IMG/VR virus record: IMGVR_UViG_3300043772_001084
Length of the DNA: 57,867 nt
From: an uncultured virus (IMG/VR IMGVR_UViG_3300043772_001084)
Lineage: Duplodnaviria > Heunggongvirae > Uroviricota > Caudoviricetes
Reading direction: 5' to 3' (one strand)
The first letter of the stretch is position 1. The number at the start of each line of letters is the position of its first letter. The notes below the pieces were generated by a model, which was given only the letters and a program-made list of their open reading frames with translations, made no database searches and was not told the DNA's origin. A program made the position numbers and the translations under genes. Of this stretch, positions 27,208 to 36,640 are shown one piece after another.

Positions 27208-29808
27208 ATGAGTTATATACTTAAAAATACATCAGGATTAGTCAATACAAGAGTTACCGATACTGGAAGACAAAAACTTTCACAAGGTAATTTTAAAATA
27301 TCTTATTTCCAAATTGGTGACAGTGAAGTTTCATACAATAAAACACCAACTGGATATAACCAAACAAAAACAAATATATTAGAACCCCCATTTAATACTC
27401 AAAACACCGCCGGTGTTCCACAATCAAATAAACAAAGTGTTAAATACCCTTATTTTGTTGATGGTGGAGCTGGAAATACATATGGAATTCCATTTATGGA
27501 TTCGGTTGTTGAACCAGTTTATAATAGAGCGGCAATGCGAGGATTTTTTAGTGGAGATACTACAACACCAACAACAGATTGGAGTGTATTAACAAACGAC
27601 AAGTATGTTATATCATCAAATTTTGTTGTTGATATGACAACATTAAATGGGACAAACACAATAAATTTAATATATTCTGGTTGTAATATATATAATTTTA
27701 AAGAACCTTCTATTGGTGATATTATAACAATATATTATGATGGTAATGGTGGTAATAATTGTTCTTGTAGTGATTATCCACCTCAACCAACTCCAACACC
27801 CACACCAACACCGGGATTAACAGTAACACCCACACCAACACCGGGACCAACTGAAGATCCTTGTGCGACACCTACACCGACACCTACACCAACGGCAACA
27901 CCTTGTCCACCACCAGAACCAACCGCATTATGTCCTCAACCACCAGATGCTAAATGTGGTATGAGTTTTAATTCTTGTTATCCAATTTTAACTTATAAGA
28001 TTGTTGGTGTTTGTCAAAACGAAATAACATTAGATAGAGCAACACCTAATTTTACATTATCTGGTTCTAGTTGTTATGGAAGAGCAATCATTTATCCACC
28101 AACAATGACATCACTTTATGATAGTATAACACCAAGACCTCATTGGTCTAGTGATGTGATTAATTTTGAATCGGTTTGTGATATAGATCAATTTGATGTT
28201 AAAATTTGGAATATGAACATTCCTTGGACAGAAACACCAGCAGGTATTAACACAATATCATATGAAGGATATGATAAATTTGGATCTGTTGATTACATTG
28301 GAACAAAAGAATATTTTGGATATAACTCAAGTTTAGGTCAAACAGACACAGATTATGTCTATTATTATAATTCATTTGATGAAATTGTTGAGGTAAAACC
28401 AGAAGAACAGAAAGCAATTGCGATTATTCACTATACAAACCAAACAATAGATTTTTTCTACGGTGAAAAATTTGCATTACAACCATATAATCCATCAAAT
28501 CCGGATGATACTACTGGTCAAGCTAGGAATTTTAAGCTACACATTCCTTGGTTAATGTGGCACAAAAATCCTGAATGTTGTAATGGTGAGACATTTTGGG
28601 TTGATCCACCGAATTTTGAAGAACTTGATTTATTCCAAGTTCAATATATTAAGTCAAATAAGAATGACAATATGAATCAACCAGGAATTCGTTATTATCA
28701 TTTGTGGGATACACATGCGAATTCAAACGGAATACCAAGTAGAATTGGTAAGGTATTTCCGGATAGTAAATTGGTTATTATTGACGATGAAGAAATTATT
28801 GCGGCAATGTCATACAAATCAAATAGAAACTGGACATTACCAGCACCACAACTTTCCTTAATCACACCAAATACTTGTGGAGTTGAGTCTCAATCAACTG
28901 ATGGTGTTATGTCAAGTGCTAATGAAACTATGTATGTCACTTATAGATTTACAAATCAAAACACTTTCACAAATTCATTACATTCAAACTATTATCCAAA
29001 AATTGTTGGAAATAATAATATATGTAATCCAGAAACTTCAAAAAATGTTGCGGTAAGATTTGGACCAGAATTTTCTTGTTTAAATTATCAAGAACAACCA
29101 CCAATTGAAGATACTTGTTTTATTTTAACTGAAGAATTAGACATAACAATAACAGAAAATGATGACGATCTTATTTGGTGTGATGATTCAATTTTATTAA
29201 CAAAAGATAATACACCGGAATTAAAAGAAACATATCTGAACACAAGTGGTCCAATGAAAACAAGCGACCCTATTACTGATTGCGATGTAAAACCCGGTTT
29301 CTTTGCAACAAACTTTGAAATTATTGCTCAAAAAGTTACAACTGGTAATAGACCGCAACCAAATGCTTGGAAAATCATTGATTTCACAGATTATATTTCC
29401 GCAACAACAGTAAATGGATATATAACACAAGAAGGTTTAACTGGAACAACATTTGTAATTACAAAAGAATTATATAATAGTGCCCCAATATATAATCTTG
29501 GTGATTATATTGAACTTACACCACAAGGAAATACAGCACCAGATTTAAATTTCGGTGATGAGTATTATTTCTATGGTTCTTTGGAAACGGATATTCAAGC
29601 GACGATATATGAAATGAATTATAAGATAGTTTTAAATTCTAATGAATTCAAAAATACATCAAACCCAACTTGGACTACTGGTAATCAATCATATGTTAGT
29701 GAGATTGCATTACTTGATGATAATAAAGATATTCTTGTAATGTCAAAACTCCAATCACCGGTTTTAAGACAAGGTATTCAACAATTTGTAGTCAAATTGG
29801 ACTTCTAA
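27208..29808 (+). CDS. Baseplate/tail-collar type structural protein with internal Pro-Thr/Cys insert
   Basis: N-terminal TDTGRQKL..ISYFQIGD and C-terminal YVSEIALLDDN..VMSKL..P..VKLDF typical of tail-collar/baseplate attachment folds. Confidence 0.65.
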   Translation: MSYILKNTSGLVNTRVTDTGRQKLSQGNFKISYFQIGDSEVSYNKTPTGYNQTKTNILEPPFNTQNTAGVPQSNKQSVKYPYFVDGGAGNTYGIPFMDSVVEPVYNRAAMRGFFSGDTTTPTTDWSVLTNDKYVISSNFVVDMTTLNGTNTINLIYSGCNIYNFKEPSIGDIITIYYDGNGGNNCSCSDYPPQPTPTPTPTPGLTVTPTPTPGPTEDPCATPTPTPTPTATPCPPPEPTALCPQPPDAKCGMSFNSCYPILTYKIVGVCQNEITLDRATPNFTLSGSSCYGRAIIYPPTMTSLYDSITPRPHWSSDVINFESVCDIDQFDVKIWNMNIPWTETPAGINTISYEGYDKFGSVDYIGTKEYFGYNSSLGQTDTDYVYYYNSFDEIVEVKPEEQKAIAIIHYTNQTIDFFYGEKFALQPYNPSNPDDTTGQARNFKLHIPWLMWHKNPECCNGETFWVDPPNFEELDLFQVQYIKSNKNDNMNQPGIRYYHLWDTHANSNGIPSRIGKVFPDSKLVIIDDEEIIAAMSYKSNRNWTLPAPQLSLITPNTCGVESQSTDGVMSSANETMYVTYRFTNQNTFTNSLHSNYYPKIVGNNNICNPETSKNVAVRFGPEFSCLNYQEQPPIEDTCFILTEELDITITENDDDLIWCDDSILLTKDNTPELKETYLNTSGPMKTSDPITDCDVKPGFFATNFEIIAQKVTTGNRPQPNAWKIIDFTDYISATTVNGYITQEGLTGTTFVITKELYNSAPIYNLGDYIELTPQGNTAPDLNFGDEYYFYGSLETDIQATIYEMNYKIVLNSNEFKNTSNPTWTTGNQSYVSEIALLDDNKDILVMSKLQSPVLRQGIQQFVVKLDF

Positions 29809-29859
29809 TATTCATTTTATTTCTTTTTATGTTAGAATTTAATCATAAACTATAACTTT

Positions 29860-30471
29860 ATGGGAAAACCTATTAAAAATACACCAAAAGTATTGGGTCT
29901 TGATATTTCAACTAGAACAATTGGATGGGCTTTATTTGATACTCAAAACGAGGAATTATTGGAATTGACACACATATCACCAAGACCTAAAATAAAAAAA
30001 GAAGAAAGTGATAATAAATTATTTGAACTTCTTTTAAAATCAGAAATATTCGCAGAAAAGTTAAAACAATATATTGGTCTTGGGATTGTAAAGGTGATTA
30101 TTGAGGAACCATTATTAAACTCAAACAATATATATACAATTCAAACATTATTAAGGTTTAATAGTTTTGTTTGTAAAGAAATATATAATATTTTAGGTGT
30201 TGTTCCAGAATTCATATCAACCTATAACGCTAGAAAGTTTGCTTGGCCAGAACTAGTTCAAGAAAACGATAAGAAAAAATTTGTATTATTCGGTGGTCTA
30301 CCAAAAGACATTGATAAAAAAATGATTATTTGGGAAAAAGTAGCAAAAAAAGAACCACAAATAACTTGGGGATATACCAAAAACAACACCCTTAAAAAAG
30401 AAAATTTTGACCAAACTGATGCCTATACTTGTGTATTAGGTTATATGAAATCAAAAGAAATTTGGAAATAA
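29860..30471 (+). CDS. RuvC-like Holliday junction resolvase
   Basis: VLGLDISTRTIGWA, VIIEEP and FDQTDAY acidic triad. Confidence 0.82.
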   Translation: MGKPIKNTPKVLGLDISTRTIGWALFDTQNEELLELTHISPRPKIKKEESDNKLFELLLKSEIFAEKLKQYIGLGIVKVIIEEPLLNSNNIYTIQTLLRFNSFVCKEIYNILGVVPEFISTYNARKFAWPELVQENDKKKFVLFGGLPKDIDKKMIIWEKVAKKEPQITWGYTKNNTLKKENFDQTDAYTCVLGYMKSKEIWK

Positions 30472-30532
30472 TATCGTTTAATTTACTGATAATTTGAAAT
30501 ATCGTCTTTTTATGTGATATTTTTTTATTCTA

Positions 30533-32716
30533 CTACGCTTCTGAATAACAATCTGAACCAAAATCAGACCCAAACATTTCGAATACACTTGGTTGAGTAT
30601 TATTCCAACTATATACGTCTGTTACTACTGGATAATCGTCAGGATTATTAAGATATGAATATAATGTTCCAGAACCAATGCCTGTTCTTATTTCCCATCT
30701 AGATGTTGATGTTTCCCAATATAAATAAAACTCAATAGAAATATCATAAGTTAAAGGACTACACAGATCGGCCGCAATTCCATAATAGTATTTACCATTG
30801 TGGATTCCTACTGGAAATGTATTATTACAACTTGAAAGACTAGCAATTTCAGTGTAATAGACAAAACACATAGGTTCAGGACAATCACCAAGTATTGTGG
30901 ACAATGAACCAACAACAGAACTAGCATAATGAACCCAAGGATATTCTGATGTACCTTCTGGATAATTTCCAGGATTTTCATTATACCACAAAAGGTTTCC
31001 AGACCCTAAAGCGGTGGTCATTTCCCATCGCATATTAGTACTATTCCACCAAATATACAAAAAACTATCTGTGTAACAATCCGCTTGAAGTAATTGGTAA
31101 TACACTTTATTATTATGATAACCTCTTGGACCTGTTTGACAATTAGTCGTTTCTCCAAGACCTTCACCACTAGCATAAATACACATAGTAGGACATTCAT
31201 TTGGTGTATTTGATGTATACATCGCTAATACACCTGGTTGAGTGTTGGTCCAAGTAACAGTAGGTGAAGATGTAGGATAATTACTAGGATTATTAAGATA
31301 TGAATATAATGTTCCAGAACCAATACCTGTTCTTATTTCCCATCTAGATGTTGATGTTTCCCAATATAAATAAAACTCAGCTAGTTCAGGACCTGTAGGA
31401 TTACACCCATCAAGTGAAAATACATAATAGTATTTACCATTGTGGATTCCTAATGGAAATGGATTACAACTTATTTGTTTAAAAATACCATCAAACACAC
31501 TATATTTTCCGTAACTAAAACACATAATTTCAGGACAATCACCAAATATTACAGCAAGGGTAGATACATTGCTATCACCATTCCAAACCCAAGGATATTC
31601 TGATGTACCTTCTGGGTAGTTTCCAGGATTTTCATTATACCATTTGACCTCTCCAGAACCAAATGTTTCTGTTACTTCCCACCTTGTTGTACCACTATTC
31701 CACCAAATATACCTAGGTATAGTTGTGGAACAATTATTACTTGTATCTAACATTTGGTAATATATTTTACCATTATGATAACCACTTGGATTTGTTTCAC
31801 AAGGACTAGAATCGCCAACAATCGATTCACCCTCCCACCAAATACACATAGTAGGACATTCACCTAGTAATGAATAATTAAAAATTATTTGCGGATTTGA
31901 ATTATTCCAACTATAAGTACTGTTTGTTTCTGGGTAATTTCCAGGATTAGTAAGATAATTTAGTACTAGTCCAGAACCTAATGTTTCGGTCAATTCCCAC
32001 CTTGTTGTATTATTATTCCACCAAATATAATAATTACTTTCAGCCATCGAACATGCACTATCTAATAACAAAAAATATACTTTATTATTATGAAAACCAC
32101 TAGCAAGTATCGTACAAACGGAATTACCACCAAAAGCTTCAAAATTGTAACTAAAACACATAGGTTCAGGACATTCACCTAGGATAGAGTATTTCAAAAT
32201 AATGGAACAATCCCCACCTACCCAAGGATATTCTTGATTACTTACCGGATAATTACCTGGATTATTAAGGTAATAACATACTGGTCCAGAACCTACTGCA
32301 TTGGTCAATTCCCACCTTGTTGTATCATTATTCCACCAAACATAATAATTAATAGGAGTTAAACAATCTAAATCTAACATACGATAATATGGCTTACTAT
32401 GGTAATAACCACTTGGTAATATATGACATGGGTTAGTATTTGTCGCTTCAACCCCCAAATTAAAACACAATCCCAATAATGGTTGCTCAATACAACTCAA
32501 ATATTCACTATCAACACATCCAGAACAATTTGATAATTTTAACAGAACACCAGGATATGTGTTAAAAATTGGTGATAATGGTAGTGTTAATGGTGGTGGA
32601 ATATCTCTATCTACTGTGGCAATTAAAATACAATTATTCCCATATATATCACAACCAAAAACATTGTATGGTGCGTCAATCCCTGTAATATTACTAAGAA
32701 CTATTTCATTTGTCAT
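30533..32716 (-). CDS. Tail appendage protein: ~70-aa N-terminal module plus six ~105-aa Cys/Trp repeats
   Basis: Six copies of the same repeat as in 25063..26436; N-terminus paralogous to 33670..33891. Confidence 0.85.
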   Translation of the reverse strand: MTNEIVLSNITGIDAPYNVFGCDIYGNNCILIATVDRDIPPPLTLPLSPIFNTYPGVLLKLSNCSGCVDSEYLSCIEQPLLGLCFNLGVEATNTNPCHILPSGYYHSKPYYRMLDLDCLTPINYYVWWNNDTTRWELTNAVGSGPVCYYLNNPGNYPVSNQEYPWVGGDCSIILKYSILGECPEPMCFSYNFEAFGGNSVCTILASGFHNNKVYFLLLDSACSMAESNYYIWWNNNTTRWELTETLGSGLVLNYLTNPGNYPETNSTYSWNNSNPQIIFNYSLLGECPTMCIWWEGESIVGDSSPCETNPSGYHNGKIYYQMLDTSNNCSTTIPRYIWWNSGTTRWEVTETFGSGEVKWYNENPGNYPEGTSEYPWVWNGDSNVSTLAVIFGDCPEIMCFSYGKYSVFDGIFKQISCNPFPLGIHNGKYYYVFSLDGCNPTGPELAEFYLYWETSTSRWEIRTGIGSGTLYSYLNNPSNYPTSSPTVTWTNTQPGVLAMYTSNTPNECPTMCIYASGEGLGETTNCQTGPRGYHNNKVYYQLLQADCYTDSFLYIWWNSTNMRWEMTTALGSGNLLWYNENPGNYPEGTSEYPWVHYASSVVGSLSTILGDCPEPMCFVYYTEIASLSSCNNTFPVGIHNGKYYYGIAADLCSPLTYDISIEFYLYWETSTSRWEIRTGIGSGTLYSYLNNPDDYPVVTDVYSWNNTQPSVFEMFGSDFGSDCYSEA
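30641..31379. repeat. 94-bp near-identical direct repeat (30641-30734 and 31286-31379)
   Basis: 93/94 identical; a further identical 30-mer at 30781-30810 and 31423-31452. Confidence 0.92.
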
Positions 32717-32780
32717 AGTTATATACTTTTATTTATAAGTATATTTGACAGATATTTTTTTTTTAAAGATATTTTTTTAT

Positions 32781-33668
32781 TTAAGGTGTTGGTGTTGAGG
32801 TAGGTGTTGGTGTTGGTGTAATACAATTTGTTGGAACACAAGTTAAACAAGCACCATTTGATTCCAAACCAATTGTTTGAATTATTACAATATCATCAAT
32901 TCCACTTATATTATCGACCAAACCATCAAAAACAACACATAGACAATTTCCATTTATTGTTGTTTTATATACATAACCTAATGTTGGTGTTGAACCAGAT
33001 TCATTCAAAATCACGTCAGAAGAATAGTATAATAAACCAGATGTGCAATCTCTGAATTTTTTATTAGTCTGACAACGAATATAATCATCAATTGTGTTAA
33101 AAGAGACCTTACCCGTAAAATCACAATTTCTTGTAATACTTGGTGTTGGAGTTGGAGTTGGTGTGGGTGTTGGAGTCGGTGCTACTGGAACGGTAGTCGC
33201 CGATACTGTTAGACTAACACCAGCACATTGATTTGTTGGAGTAGGTGTTGGAGTAGGTGTTGATGTTGCAATCGGTGTTGGTGTTGGTGTCGGTGTTGGA
33301 TCAACCTCACAATCAAAATGTGCGTTAAAATCAATATCACAAACTGGTGTTGGTGTTGGTGTAGGTAATGAGCAAGGACCAGGCCCAAAAAAATCATCAC
33401 ATAAATCAGGACAAGAACTTAAACAAGGCGATTTACCAAATAATAAACAAGAACCACCCAAAGTTGTGGATAAACACCAACTTGGATTTGTTGAACCAGA
33501 TCTGTAGTATATTTGATATGTTGGCGAAGTACTACGAGTAAAATATTTATAACCATTGTAATTTGTTGATGAAATATTGTAATTCCCATCATAAATTCCA
33601 GCACCATTAATACAATAAGTACTATTACAAGGATTAACTGGTGTTGGTGTTATTGGTTCGGTAGCCAT
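32781..33668 (-). CDS. Cys-rich, multi Pro-Thr linker tail appendage protein
   Basis: Likely start [10 protein letters not shown] at 33668, just after the upstream stop; several PT tracts; ends [11 protein letters not shown]. Confidence 0.8.
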   Translation of the reverse strand: MATEPITPTPVNPCNSTYCINGAGIYDGNYNISSTNYNGYKYFTRSTSPTYQIYYRSGSTNPSWCLSTTLGGSCLLFGKSPCLSSCPDLCDDFFGPGPCSLPTPTPTPVCDIDFNAHFDCEVDPTPTPTPTPIATSTPTPTPTPTNQCAGVSLTVSATTVPVAPTPTPTPTPTPTPSITRNCDFTGKVSFNTIDDYIRCQTNKKFRDCTSGLLYYSSDVILNESGSTPTLGYVYKTTINGNCLCVVFDGLVDNISGIDDIVIIQTIGLESNGACLTCVPTNCITPTPTPTSTPTP

Positions 33669-33669
33669 A

Positions 33670-33891
33670 TTAAACTGATAAACTTTGTGTTTTAATGCAA
33701 TTATTATTATCAACAACCTTGACAACAAAATTTGTTAAAGAAGAATAAACAGACGGTATTTCAAACACATAAGGCAAACTTGCCGGAGTTATTGTTGATA
33801 CATATACACAAGTTGTGATTGTTGCGTCACAAACATATACATCAAACGGAGATGCACCACCAAGACCACTAATTGTTATATTTGTTGGCAT
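33670..33891 (-). CDS. small Cys-containing beta module (stand-alone paralogue of the 32716 N-terminus)
   Basis: [13 protein letters not shown]...T.CVYV.TI pattern shared; TATTTAT upstream on the minus strand. Confidence 0.78.
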   Translation of the reverse strand: MPTNITISGLGGASPFDVYVCDATITTCVYVSTITPASLPYVFEIPSVYSSLTNFVVKVVDNNNCIKTQSLSV

Positions 33892-33974
33892 TTATTTTCT
33901 TTTTACATAAATATAGAAGATAAGAAAAACTTGTGTAGTTGATATAGTTATTTGTTTTATCTATATTATAGTGA

Positions 33975-34877
33975 ATGGAAGAACAAGAAGCAATTGTTGA
34001 ATTATTGGAGGAATTTTTAGGTGATCACGGATTACATTATCCAAATCGCGGTCAAATCCAATTTAATTGCCCGGTGTGCGATGATGATAGAAATAAACAT
34101 AATTTGGAAGTAAATTATTTTGAGGGTGTTTTCAAATGCTGGGCGTGCGGCGATAGTGAGGGAACCCACGGAAAATTGGGAAAATTATTTGATAAATTTG
34201 GCAATAAAAAGTTAAAAAAACTTTATCTAATTTTAAGACCAGAAGAAAATGAAAAAGTCGTTAGAGTTAAAAAACCAAAAGTAGTTCTTCCAGAAAATTT
34301 CACATTATTCAAAGATTCACACCCAATATATCCGGTCAGAAAACAAGCATATAATTATCTTAAAAGTAGAGGAATAACCGATGAGATAATTGAAAGATTT
34401 GGCATTGGTTTTTGTGACAAAGGAAGTCATATGGGTAGAATTATAATACCTTCATACAATCTCAAAGGTGATCTTAATTATTATGTCGGAAGAAGTTGGG
34501 ATCCACATAGCAGGGCAAAATATAGAAATCCGGAAGCCGAAAAAGACCAAATAATATTTTGGGAAAATTTGATTGATTGGAATAAAGACATATATTTGGT
34601 TGAGGGAGCCTTTGACGGAATGTTTTTAGACAACCCAGTTGTGATGCTTGGAAAACATATGTCAGAACTTCTTTTTGAGACAATATACAATAAAGCAAAA
34701 GGAAATGTTATAATTTGTTTAGACGGTGATGCCTGGGAAAATGCCGTAAGATTATATCACGAACTTAATGGTGGTGAATTGTGGGGTAAGGTAAAAATTG
34801 TAAAACTTCCAAATGATAGGGATGTCTGTGATTTGAAGGGACAAATAGATGATTATTATTTTGAAATAAGAGATTAA
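33975..34877 (+). CDS. DNA primase
   Basis: Zn finger CPVC..CWAC, GRIIIP, KYRNP, Toprim VEGAFD and CLDGD. Confidence 0.9.
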   Translation: MEEQEAIVELLEEFLGDHGLHYPNRGQIQFNCPVCDDDRNKHNLEVNYFEGVFKCWACGDSEGTHGKLGKLFDKFGNKKLKKLYLILRPEENEKVVRVKKPKVVLPENFTLFKDSHPIYPVRKQAYNYLKSRGITDEIIERFGIGFCDKGSHMGRIIIPSYNLKGDLNYYVGRSWDPHSRAKYRNPEAEKDQIIFWENLIDWNKDIYLVEGAFDGMFLDNPVVMLGKHMSELLFETIYNKAKGNVIICLDGDAWENAVRLYHELNGGELWGKVKIVKLPNDRDVCDLKGQIDDYYFEIRD

Positions 34878-34878
34878 A

Positions 34879-35166
34879 ATGGATTTAAATAAACAAGCAA
34901 ACTTGTTTTTATATAACGCCAATGTTGGTGATTACTATATGGTAGGTGATTCCAAAATATCAGTTATAAAAAGAACACCAAAACAAATACATTTATCAAA
35001 TGGTGTTATAGTATATATTAAAAAAACAAACCACGATATATTATATCTACATTCTAAAGGTGTAAAACGAAATAACAGAATATACCCAATTGTCAATCAA
35101 ATAATTAGAGATATTGAAGGATACTTGATTTATAAAAAACTTACACAAAATTATGGATTTAATTAA
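34879..35166 (+). CDS. hypothetical protein
   Basis: 95-aa ORF coupled to its neighbours. Confidence 0.62.
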   Translation: MDLNKQANLFLYNANVGDYYMVGDSKISVIKRTPKQIHLSNGVIVYIKKTNHDILYLHSKGVKRNNRIYPIVNQIIRDIEGYLIYKKLTQNYGFN

Positions 35167-36019
35167 AACAGTAGAAGAAATAAGATATATCTTATCAGAA
35201 AGACGAAAAGAATTTAAATTATCTTTTGAGGAAGATACACATAAATATACAATGTTAAATCTCAATGGAGAATTAACAGATAAATGGCCATCAGTTTCAA
35301 AGGTAATGAAATTGTTTTATGATGAATTTCCATCAGAAAAAAAAGCATTTGAGATGTCTGGTGGTGATCCAGATGAAACAGAAAGGTTATTAAATGAATG
35401 GAAAATGTCCGGTGAATACGCAACAAATATGGGTAGTAGGGTCCATTTTTTATTGGAAAAACATTCGTTGGATATGTTTAATTATGAGAAAACAATTAGA
35501 GAACCAATCTATGAGTGTGATGCAACACAAATAACAAAAGGTGATGCAATGATTACCGCCGGAAAACTTTTTTTAGAGAAAATGAAAGAACGAGGAGCTC
35601 ATTTACTTGACACCGAAATTGTTTTAGGACATCCGGAATTAGAATATACAGGACAAGGAGATACGAGCTGGTTAATTGAAAATAAGAATAAAGATGGTTT
35701 TGGTTTTATAATAACAGATTACAAGACGAATAAAGAAAAAAATTTCATAAAACAATGGTATACAAAACCAATGCGACCACCATTTGAATATCTACCAAAT
35801 AATGCTCTTGGGCACTATAACACACAACTTCCGTTATATGGTAAATTACTTCTTAAAATGCTTGAGGGGACAAAATATGAAAATATAAAATTGTTGGGTT
35901 GTATTATTGTGAGATTAACAGAAGATAGAGAATATGTTGAATACAGAGTTGATAAATCCACAATAAATACTATACTTAATATGGATATAAAACCAATGTT
36001 AAATAAATTAAAAAAATAA
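35153..36019 (+). CDS. PD-(D/E)XK (RecB-family) exonuclease-like protein
   Basis: SVSKV, GSRVH, TE..L, GQGD, DYKT, Y..QL..Y. Confidence 0.8.
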   Translation: MDLIKTVEEIRYILSERRKEFKLSFEEDTHKYTMLNLNGELTDKWPSVSKVMKLFYDEFPSEKKAFEMSGGDPDETERLLNEWKMSGEYATNMGSRVHFLLEKHSLDMFNYEKTIREPIYECDATQITKGDAMITAGKLFLEKMKERGAHLLDTEIVLGHPELEYTGQGDTSWLIENKNKDGFGFIITDYKTNKEKNFIKQWYTKPMRPPFEYLPNNALGHYNTQLPLYGKLLLKMLEGTKYENIKLLGCIIVRLTEDREYVEYRVDKSTINTILNMDIKPMLNKLKK

Positions 36020-36024
36020 AAATT

Positions 36025-36273
36025 ATGAAGTTGTATATGACAAAAACTTATTCGGTTTATGAGTCTTACGGGCCGATTGAAGTAAATTTGGAAGATTACC
36101 CAGAGTTGGAAGGTAAAACAGATAAAGAAATTCTTGAATACTTTAATGAAATTATGTATGAAGAAAACATTAAAGATGGTAGTGAAGAAACATTAGTCGA
36201 CGAGTTTCAATTTAACACTGAAATGATAAATCAAAAATACTCTAACGAGGAAGAAGAAATTGTAAATTATTAA
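36025..36273 (+). CDS. hypothetical acidic protein
   Basis: 82-aa ORF in operon. Confidence 0.65.
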   Translation: MKLYMTKTYSVYESYGPIEVNLEDYPELEGKTDKEILEYFNEIMYEENIKDGSEETLVDEFQFNTEMINQKYSNEEEEIVNY

Positions 36274-36276
36274 ATT

Positions 36277-36492
36277 ATGGAAGATATTATTAAACCAAGA
36301 ATTGATCTAAAACAACAGGAAACTGTAAAATGTACGGAATGCGGATCAAAATTCTTCAAAGAAGTTGTGATGATTAAAAAAGTCCCAAAATTATTAACCG
36401 GAAGCCACGAAGACACGATTGTTCCGTTTCCGACCTATATGTGTAATAGTTGTGGGTTTGTAAATGAAGAATTTGAACTTTTTATAGATTAA
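36277..36492 (+). CDS. Zn-ribbon protein
   Basis: CTECG..CNSCG. Confidence 0.75.
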   Translation: MEDIIKPRIDLKQQETVKCTECGSKFFKEVVMIKKVPKLLTGSHEDTIVPFPTYMCNSCGFVNEEFELFID

Positions 36493-36493
36493 A

Positions 36494-36640
36494 ATGGAAA
36501 TAGGTAGAATGACAATAAGTGAGATATATCCTCATTTGGCGATTATATCACACACTTATGGATTAAAATTACACAGAGTTAGAGATTTTAGATTTGCAAG
36601 AATTATTTTAGCAAACCTTTATAATAGAGAATTAGTATGA
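36494..36640 (+). CDS. small hypothetical protein (48 aa, not in ORF track)
   Basis: MEIGRMTISEIYPHL..YNRELV fills the gap exactly; ATGA overlap with the next gene. Confidence 0.65.
   Translation: MEIGRMTISEIYPHLAIISHTYGLKLHRVRDFRFARIILANLYNRELV

Noticed and set aside
29860..30471. Cas9/Cas12/TnpB/IscB nuclease
   Set aside because: Only 203 aa with a contiguous RuvC fold; no bridge helix, HNH or Zn finger; no array or IS ends.
25480..32470. Diversity-generating retroelement TR/VR pair among the repeats
   Set aside because: Differences include indels and are not adenine-restricted; both copies lie inside coding repeats; no reverse transcriptase in the window.
33669..33728. Upstream extension of ORF 32781..33728
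   Set aside because: Overlaps the 33670..33891 gene; ATG 33668 follows its stop directly.
35153..36019. Cas4 / CRISPR adaptation gene
   Set aside because: Lacks the four-Cys Fe-S cluster pattern; no cas1/cas2 or array.
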